This document shows, in pieces, positions 53,276 through 64,000 of a stretch of 64,000 bases of DNA. Each line of letters begins with the position of its first letter. The stretch's first letter is position 1. The translations under genes were made by a program, and so were the position numbers. The stretch comes from the human T2T-CHM13v2.0 reference genome, Homo sapiens: the NCBI RefSeq assembly GCF_009914755.1, contig NC_060937.1; one strand, 5' to 3'. Under the pieces are notes generated by a model that did no database searches, was not told the origin of the DNA, and was given only the letters and a program-made list of their open reading frames with translations.

Positions 53276-56200
53276 CTAAAAGAAAAATAAATTGCAATTG
53301 AAGATTTTTTCAGTGTTATTCCCAGTCACTTCTAGGACAATCTTTAAAAAGTAACTTTCACGCTTGGATCTGACAATCCCCAAACTTTTAAAATCATTCA
53401 TTTAACAAATATTAACTGAGTGCCTACTTCGCACTGAAGATACAATAGTGAATAAGACTAACTTGAGGGAAGTGACATTCCAAAAAGGGAGAATGGCAAT
53501 TAATGAATAAATGTATAAAATAATGTAAAACGGTAAGAAGTACTACATAGAAATATAAAGCAGGATAAGAAAGGGATAAGGTGGTAATACCATAAGATAG
53601 TCAGAGAAGGTCTTTCTGAAGAGGTAACACTTAGAGAGATTAAACGAGGTGGAGTTAGTGTGTCCTGGGGTTGGGGGGTCTCTGGAAGAAAAGCATTCTA
53701 AGCAAGCACAAAGTCCATGAGGTGGGAACAAGCTTGGTGTGGTCAAGGAACAGCAGAAAGGCCACGTTACCAGAGTGACTGAGGAAAGAAGAGAGTGGCA
53801 GAAGAGAGTCAGGAGGGCAACAGAACATGTGAAGTTGTGCTTTCATAAAGATAAAATATATCATATTAGATAAATAGCTTTGCTTTCAGAAATGTGAGAG
53901 AACCATGGGTAGAAAGAGCTAGAAGAAGGATGGGTAAAATATTGCGGAATATATAGGAATATGGTGGAAGAGTCTGCACCTCAGGCAGTAGGACTTAGAC
54001 CTTGACTAAGTGCTAATGAAGAGAGTGCTGAAATCTTTACAAAGAACTTTTTGTTGAGCATTTCTATGTATTAGGCACTGTACTAATCAAGTATTCACAT
54101 AGATTATTTAGTTAATCCTCATAATAACTTTGAGCAGTAGATACAGAAACTGAAAAGTAAACGGCAGAGGCAGGCTAAAAAGCTAGGTCTGACTCAAAGG
54201 GTTTTAATCTCTTAACTACCACACTATCCTCCTACACATGACTGGGCATTGTGAACTAGGGAGACTGGAGGAAGATGACACAGTAGTTAAAAGACACCTA
54301 TGTCAATGCACGAATCTTGATACAAGAACATATTATCTGTGAAATCCAATAGCAGGCTTTCATTCTGGATTGCTTTCCTGAGACACTGCTCTAACCTGGA
54401 CCACAGTATCCTTCCTGGACATATCACCTTCTTTTCACACTGAATACTGATTCTATAATACTCTCTGACACACAGGCAATGTTCAGTGACTGCTGACTTG
54501 AATTGAAATGGGAAAAACATGAATTCCAGTTGCTTAAATCTCTCTTAATTCAAAGCTGTCAACCCCTTCTTTTGGCTGATTTCAGTTCTCTGACCAGTAT
54601 TAATTCTCTCTCTTAATTAGACAACAGGCTTCCTTGAGCAGCTAGTTTTACACCTCTTTTGTGTTGTCAGTGTCTACCAGAATATTGCACGTGTACAGAA
54701 TATCAATAATATTGTAATGATCTGTACCCTCACCTTCCCTATGCCTTTCCTTTTCTTTTCCCTTAAATGACTACTACAAAAATAGCTGAAGGGGAATGTT
54801 TTAATTACGTAAGTCCACACTTACCATCCCCGTAATCAGAAAACTAAATTTTATTGATACTTTCTGAACATTTTAAACGTGGGGCAAATATACATGTTTT
54901 CAACCAACAACTTGATCCTTTTTGTAAAAATAAACAAACTCTTCTTTCCAAACCTCAACCAACTAAAAAAGGTCAGCTACTCGTTTATCCCTGTCCTCTA
55001 CTGGTGCCATAACAAGATAGGCCATTAACTCTATGTTTCTTCTGATTGTCCTTTAACTTGTAGCAATCTTATTCTTTCCTGGTCCTAACTAATATCAAAT
55101 CTCATCAAGAAGTAAAAACACTAACCTCCCACTCTCTTACAGCAAGACATGAAAACTATTTTCAAAGAAATTCTGTTTTTTTTTTCTTCTAGGAGGTTTA
55201 GACCCCACAAACTCCTCTATCTTATGGTTACCATTTTTATATGCTTATACATGCCTATAACTCATACAGGATAACATTTTTGAAGAGGCTTCAGTCAGTT
55301 ATTCAGGGAAGTGCCATCTTACTGAGTTGAAAGGTTGAGTGAACTGTCACTCCTTTGAATTTTGGGTAAATATCCCCTGTAGCGAACAAGAAAAGGTAGA
55401 GGAATTGAAACTAAGGCTCGCTTTCTTTCAGAGGTTGATTTCCGAGCTTGAGGCTGTCATTGAATTGCAGACCATGAATTTAGAAGGTCACTTATAGAAA
55501 AATGACCTCTGAATTTGTCCGACTGCCATGACTCTACCAGTACATGGTGAGGTATAAAACCTTCCAACAACGCTATCAACATCCCCCCAATTAATTTTGG
55601 TATGGTAGCTTTTCCTTCCTGCTACTCTATAGTCTAAATAAACCTATTCTACTACCCCCAAACCTTTCAACTCCCACTGGCAGCACTAATAATGTCTCTC
55701 CTTTTCCTGATCCTTTCCACTACCTCTCATGCTCTGCTTATAGAGTACAAAACTATCATCTGGAGGTCATCACCACGGCAGATTGTAATCCTACCATTTT
55801 CCTTAGGAAATATGCAGAGGAAGCCCCCAAGTCACCATCTCCTACTATTAGTCTTTCTGTTCATCCTAAGCCCCACCTTCTCTGAAGAAAACACTGAATT
55901 GAGCATTTACTAATTTGAGGAGACTCTAGGAAGAGACAGAACACATAAGAATCAAGGGGGCAACTCTGTAGTATTATAATATACTGTAGTATTATATATT
56001 AATATATAATACTCTGTATTATAGTATCTAATGTTTATTAAGTATGTAGTATATGCAGAGCAGGGTGCTAATATCTTTACATACATGTTCTTACTCAGTC
56101 TCCACAATGCCCTTAATAGTAGACACCATTTTTGTCATCTTCGTTTTACAAAAAAAAAAAACAAAACACTTACGGCTTGTGAAAGTTAACCAGCTTGCCT

Positions 56201-57746
56201 AGATTGTAAGTGATAGCACAGGCAGTATGACATCAACCCCACTGTCTCAACCACGATCCTATACTAGCTCCTGTTAGAATAATATAAATTAGGAAAATAG
56301 AAAAAGCAGTGTGGGTAATGGTAGTTGGGAAAGTTTTTATGAAAAGAATAGGATTTAAGCTAAACTTCAGAGAATAAATAACAACAGAACTAGAATTAGT
56401 CATCCTTTAGTCCCTGGGCTAACTGTTGTCCATTTCCTAAATGGTATGTATTACTTCTCTAGTTCAATCAAATTTAAAGTAAGTAGGATGCACTGAATGT
56501 GTTTCTTTGCTACAACAAAATTTATGTAAAGGAAAAAACATGTATTGTTCTGAAATTACCAGAGCCTTTCTAATTCCAAGTTGATGAACCAACATAGTTT
56601 TTTTAGGTCATCTTTATTATACGGTAGTAGAATTTTAAAAGTACATTTTAAAGGATCACTAATATAATCAATGTGCAGTGTATATTTATGCTTATTTCAT
56701 AGAATTTGGAAGATTAATTTGCCAATGCCATTTTTAACCTTTTATTCATCTGTCAGGCTTAGCTTGCTTTACTTCATTTTTATAATAATTCTGATCAAAT
56801 CCCAGACTTGATAGATTTAATGGTCAAGAATGTAATAACCACAATATTGTTCCCAAGAAGAAAAAAGGTGCCTTATTATATCATTTCCACGAATGCACTG
56901 TAATAAAAGTCTGTTTTTTGTCTATTTTGTCAACTAAACTCTTGAAGCATAAATTTCATCTTTGTTTCACTGTACTGTGCAAAGCATTTGGCCTGGTGCC
57001 TTACACATATTGCGACTATAACTGACATACGACATAGAATTTTAAGAGTTAAAAGGGACTTAGAGATCATCTAGTCCAACACTTCTGTGTAAAGGACCAG
57101 AAGTCATGTCTTCTGAGTTCCATACCCTGTTTGGTTAACTAGTTTGCTTATTAACTACTTCACATAAATGTTGGGAACAAGTGGCTAAGGTCCAAATGCT
57201 GCTAATTTATAGCCTAGGGAAATGCATGCCAAATTATTCCTTATTAATAACCTGAACAACTAAAAACATAGTTTACAATAAGCCTTTGGCAGAAAATGTA
57301 AACTATTTCTTAATCTGTTCTTTTCCTTTCTTTCTTCACTTCTTCCTTCCTTCCGTGTGCTTTTCCTGGTAACGTGTGCGTGCTCTCTCTTTTCCCAGTT
57401 TTCTCTTCCCTCTTAGGTTTCAGGTTGCTTTTTTTTTGTTGCTGCTATTTTCATGTTCCCTGAACTAACCATGTTGCTTCGGGTACTCATTTACTTTAAT
57501 CTCTGTTATCTCTTTTTCACTGTGGCATATTCGTGGTAGGTTAGGCTTGGTAAACTGAGCTAAGGCAAAGAAAACGGCTTGTAGACTTAAGTAAGCACAG
57601 TTAGAATATCAGTTTGGATGGGGAGGATAAAGAGATATAATAAACGTCAAGATATCAAAGTTATTTGAGACCAGCCTGAGCAATGTAGTGAGACCCTGTC
57701 TCTATAAAAATAATAGAAATTAAAATTTAAAAAAAAATCAATATTA

Positions 57747-58249
<503 letters not shown>

Positions 58250-58518
58250 TCATCATGAATTTTCACATTTTCTTTTGTTAATCTATAAAATAGCCACCAA
58301 ATATGTAAGACACTGGAGCCTATATGGAAATTTGGAATTGGATATCTGATACCATGATTCAGCACTCTTAATCTACCTATCTAATAAACTTAGTTAGTTT
58401 CAAAACCCTGCCATATTAAAAACATTAAATTATAAGTGCTAGATTAAAATACACTAATGGTAGAAGGGAGATCTAACAGCCTGACAGTAAGGCAGGAGAG
58501 AAAAATAATACAAAACAG

Positions 58519-59106
58519 TGACAAGTGAAATGAGTGACTGTGGCATAAGTTTTAATCATTGAGGTTTATTAAGCCAGCTGTACGCTGTGTCCGGGAAAAA
58601 CATAAGCTACAAACGTATCTGTGGCTGTTTTTCTGGAGGTTTTCAGGAGTTTTAGTATTTATACATTTCCTTAAAATGAGGGAGGGCATGTAGGAAGAGG
58701 GGCAGGTAGGGGTAAGGCGAATGGTTACATTCCTGTGAGACTTCCGTTAGTGCCAAGTGAATCTACATTTTACAGAAGATAAGGTGAGTGGAGAGAAAGG
58801 GAGTAGTCCTTTTCTCTTTGTACTTCCCCTGGGAGATACATTTGTAATTCACATTATCAGTGTAGAATTTAACACACTTTAGTTTTAGGAGCTAGACTTA
58901 GACTGTATACCTAAAGTTATAATTGGCATGTCCTTGTTTATGGGAGGCTAGCAAAGAATTTACTTATGAATAGTCTGTGGGGTAGCCCTTCCCACATGCC
59001 TAAGGCTTTTTTCCTTTCCAGGAGGACCTCGCTAAAGTATACTGTTGCATGATTCAGCCTCCAGGCTTAAGTTTGGGGGTCCTGGGATTTTAAATTTTTC
59101 TTTATA
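58519..59106 (-). mobile_element. ERV1 MER4-group solo LTR
   Basis: Reverse complement starts ...AAAGAAAAATTTAAAATCCCAGGACCCCCAAAC, typical of MER4-group 5' ends; AATAAA near the other end. Subfamily uncertain. Confidence 0.55.
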
Positions 59107-59604
59107 GTAGACACAGCTGCAATTGCCTGGACCAATCGATGTTATTACAACCAATCAACAGGCCCAGGTCTATACATGGTGATGATTTTCTGTCCAGAGT
59201 AATTTATTATTAGGGAATATCAGAATGTAGAAAAATATGAAATACATTTTAGCTGTTGTTAATGTAAATAATACAAAAAAAAAAATGTTTTCCTGCTTAC
59301 ACAGCTAATTTTAGTTACCTGGGAAGATTCACATACACCACACGCCTCATACTCGACTAATGCCATATAAATTCAACATTATTGTCTGATTTTACTATAT
59401 ATTCAAAGTACTTCGTAGAATGTATGTTATATAAAAATACCAGGGCTATATCTACATAAACTGAAAATAGAGCTGTGAGTGGAGACGTAGTCTTTCAGAA
59501 AAATAAAGGTAGACAGTTTGGGGTTGTCAAATACTGTTACATGTCAAATAAAATTATACCACATGATGCAAATGCTTTCACCTTTCTAACAATGTTAACA
59601 TACA

Positions 59605-59890
59605 TTTTTTTGAGACGGAGTCTCACTCTGTCATCCAGGCTGGAGTGCAGTGGCGCCATCTCGGCTCACTGCAAGCTCCGCCTCCTGGGTTCATGCCATT
59701 CTCCTCCTCAGCCTCCTGAGTAGCTGGGACTACAGGCGCCCGCCACCATGCCCGGCTAATTTTTTGTATTTTTAGTAGGGACGGGGTTTCACCGTCTTAG
59801 CCAGGATGGTCTTGATCTCCTGAGCTAGTGATCCGCCCACCTCGGCCTATAAAAGTGCTGGGATTACAGGTGTGAGCCACTGCGCCCAGC
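59605..59890 (-). mobile_element. AluY-like element with a short tail
   Basis: Alu consensus. Confidence 0.93.
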
Positions 59891-61758
59891 TTGCTGCCAT
59901 CTTATGTTTAAGCATACTAAGTATGAACAATCCTAGAGGACCTCAGGGGAAACTGATCCGTTTTAGTTTCTCAGAAAATGTAAATAAGGTTAGAACCATA
60001 ATGCCTTGACCGCTGCATTCAACCTTTTAAAAACTGTTGTCCAAGGAGTTAATAATTAAAAAAAAAAAAGACACAGTAGAGGATTAGACATAATTAAGAT
60101 TATTCTGAAAAGGCACACATTGCCTTCATATATTATGTGGAGAAATAAAAGCAGTACAAGGTGGGTAACAGCACTGCTACTATTCAACCTGCAAAATTGG
60201 AGAGAATTTTTTGTCCCTCCTCACCTCAAACTGCTTATTGTAGTTAAACACAACATTTCAGAAGGAGTGGAACAAAAAATATTAATCTTAACCTTCATTT
60301 GAGATTTCCTAAGTTGCTTCTACAAACCTACTCGGTTGGCAGTGTATACAGTTACATATAAATAACCAATGGACTGGCAGGAGAAGCAGCTGCCTGAGGA
60401 ACTAGCTGGTCAGGAAGAGAGGAAGGGTATGGAATGCAGTGGTGGAGATCAAAGAGCTGCTGAGGGACTGTTGGTGGCTGTTATCCTATCCCTACCCGAG
60501 ATGCAACTTACAGTCTTCTGAAGTGGAAAGTGGTGGGAGTGGAGGGATGGATTCCTTCTATTGCCATGATTTGCTTCTCAAACCTGCATCTACTACTAAA
60601 TATATGGAAAAAGAGGAGCAGAAGAAATGCTGGGATTTGGGGCTATACTGAACACATGAGAACCATCCACATGGTTCTAGTTATATATAAAATGCTCCAT
60701 GGATTTCAAGGATTACTTGTAATGCAGTAAAAAATGTGACAAAGGAATTAAGAGCAATGAGTGATGTGAACTGGATAAAAGAGATCTTTGAAAGCTGATG
60801 ACTTCTGTTAAAACATTTCACTAGTTTATTGCCTCTAAAGCAACAGGTGCTTCACCACTCTGTCTCTACTTTTTATCCGTGAAGTGACATATTGGAAAAA
60901 GTTAGTTCTCTGTTCTTTGTTTAACATTCTTTGGTCTCCACATTTCTCAGGAAGAAAGTGGGAAAAGAAAGGGCCTTCCCTATAGCTTTCAATATATATA
61001 TACATGGCATTAGACAAAATATAGTGAGACCTATTCATTTGGGGCCTTTATTTTCGAATTTGTAATAATCTGGATAAAATATAAAATTGCTCTGTTGTCT
61101 TTGAACTTTCTGTGGTGTAACTGGATGACTATCTTTCCTTCTTAAAGAAACCTTTACAATCAGAAATTTTCATTTGACACAACTTTTCCATTTTGTTCTG
61201 AATTAGGGAGCTTTTATTGCATATGAAACAAAATACTGCCAGACTAAATTAAAAATATTCACTGCATAAGCTATGCCTCACAATACATTCTACAAAATGA
61301 CAGCCAATGAGACAACTGTCATTCCTGGGAAACCTGGAAGCTCTAGGAACTACTCTCTCTGGCTTCTGAAATATCGTCTGATCTATGATGGTCTAGTCTA
61401 GACTTTGTCCCAGAGACTGGAAGAAAGCTAGCATGGCTTTTTTTAGATGAGGATGGTAAAATGAAATGGCATATGCTTACACACAGACACACATACACAC
61501 ATAATTTTTTTTTCAACCCCATAGATTTCTATCTGGAGAACAGTGGCCACTGTCAGGGGATGCTGATGAGTAAATAAACAAGCATCTTCTCTTTCAGTGC
61601 TTTCTCTTTCCTGATTAAATAACTGAACGGAATACTCATTTTTGCTTCTTCCATAATTACCTTCCAAGAGGTACACCATAACTACATATATTTCTGTCTC
61701 TGTTTGAAACAAAAAGTTTAAACTAGGTTTCGAATGATTAAAAAAAAAAAAAAGACTA

Positions 61759-62088
<330 letters not shown>

Positions 62089-63688
62089 TTAAAATCTGAA
62101 TACTCCCACCAAGGTATCATCAATATCATTTATTGCAACTATAACTAAATAACATTTTTCTTAAGAATTGAATGAGCTACTTTAGTTTATTTTCCTCCAC
62201 AGGAGAAGGTAAAATACTACTTGTGAACTCTTTCTACAACTATTCAACATTATCAATTTATTTAATAAACCTGTCTCCCATGACCAACCATCTTACAGAG
62301 ATAAAATGGTGGGTGAAGAGGAACTCACTCCCTAGTGGGGAAGGCATAATAGAAGGTGATGTTAGAGCAGAAGTATGAAAGGAACAACAAACATTTAGCA
62401 AATGTGTATGTTCCACGAGGATAAATTTAAGTATTTTTCACACATTATTTCTCAACCATGACATTTTGATTTCTTACTTTTCACAATGAGATATGCAACA
62501 GACTAATATTTTTCAGTGTTATATAATTAAATTTGAATAGAAAACTAGCAACAGGTCTGGTATCTTGATTTATCTTGACTGTGATCTCTTTTTTTTGGGC
62601 AGCTGAGAAGTAGATGCAGAGCAGTAACAAGGAACTTCTGTGATATAAGCTCTAATTTCAGGAATCTTATGTACCCATGCAAAAAGACTTCCTGGAAACT
62701 GAGAACTTCAAGTAAGTGGTGCTATTGGGGGGCTGAGTCATAAACAGAGGCTACCACTAGGGATAACAACATTTAGGATATTATATCCTATAATATATGA
62801 CACAGTATGAAGCAAAGAGGAGATGGATTAAAGGATCCCTCTCTTCTTCTATCCCTTCTTGGGGAACAGCTGCAGTCTGTAGCTGTATTTTACAGTTTGT
62901 GACTGCAGTAGGAAAGTGATTCATTCATATAGTATTTTGCCCTGCTCCCCCATTTTCTGTGACCCACTCAGACTTCCATACCCCAGTCCTCAGCAAATGG
63001 CTGTCACCTCCATGTGCTTCCCCAGCTTACAGGAAACTGACAGTGAGGATTCTTAAAGCTCATGGCTGAATACTGACTGATAGCAGTTTGCCTCTCTATC
63101 ATCAAATCTCTCATGCCCCACCCCTAACCCTATACAAAATTTGCTTAAATACTGGAATTATTTTTTAAAAAGCCCTGCAAAGTATGTTGATTGCACACAA
63201 ATAGATTTTTTTGAGACAGTTTTGCTCTACAAATAGAAATTTTATCCAAAACAAAAATAGAACAAAAAATTTTAAAACTTTCAGGTAAATGGAATAACGA
63301 AGGTTTGAATTCAGGAGCAGATTTGCAATTTCTTACTTAAAAAATTATACTTCTTTTAAAAAATTCCATTGACATTATTTCTGAATTGGTCTTTGTACAA
63401 TTCAGAAAACAAAACGTGTGTAAAACAAATATAGTACTAGCTCTCTTCAATGTCAATCTCAGTTTTGATCACTGTTAACAAGATTTTCCTAAAACAGATT
63501 TGACTTGCTGGGGTGTCCTTAGAGCTTCAGCATTCACTTGACTGACTTACATTAACTTGAGTAAACCTTTCCAAAAGACAGATTAAATAACCACTTACTT
63601 GCCTCTAATTACAACACCTTACAAAGCTAAGCATGTAATATAGCCTCCCTTTTTAATTTGGCTAACTTACTTGTTAAGAATTAATTCT

Positions 63689-64000
63689 GGGCTGAGCTTG
63701 GTGGCTCATGTCTGTAATCCCAGGACTTTGGGAGGCTGAGGGAAAAGGATCACTTCAGGCCAGGAGTTGTAGACCAGCCTGGGCAACACAGCAAGACCCT
63801 GTTTCTACAAAAATTTAACAAATAAAAAAATTACCCAGATGAGGCTGGGCGTGGTGGCTCACACCTGTAATCCCAGCACTTTGGGAGGCCGATGTGGGTG
63901 GATCACAAGGTGAGGAGTTCAAGACCAGTGGCCAACATGGTGAAACCCTGTCTCTACAAAAATACAAAAAAATTAGCTAGGTGTGGTGGCGTGCACCTGT
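63689..64000 (+). mobile_element. Alu left arm followed by a second Alu starting at 63843, cut by the window edge
   Basis: Two consecutive Alu 5' ends. Confidence 0.9.

Overview
Primate (human-like) genomic DNA, not prokaryotic. The window lies inside the MICU2 (EFHA1, mitochondrial calcium uptake 2) gene on the minus strand. Six internal coding exons (exons 2-7 by recalled numbering) have canonical AG/GT boundaries and join in one open frame, including EF-hand 1. The first exon and the 3' exons lie outside the window. The introns are full of Alu, L1, LTR and DNA-transposon relics, and nearly all ORFs in the supplied track derive from these repeats or from chance. Notable retroposition fossils: (1) an antisense FNTA processed pseudogene apparently copied from an exon-skipped mRNA; (2) a U6 pseudogene and a twin-primed 5'-inverted L1PA stacked at one target site; (3) a 3'-truncated, tailless Alu with perfect TSDs in a very small intron; (4) a U13 snoRNA retrocopy; (5) a 33-bp orphan insertion with TPRT hallmarks. 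I found no support for a new multi-gene system. Gene and repeat family names come from recall, not from database searches, and repeat boundaries are approximate.
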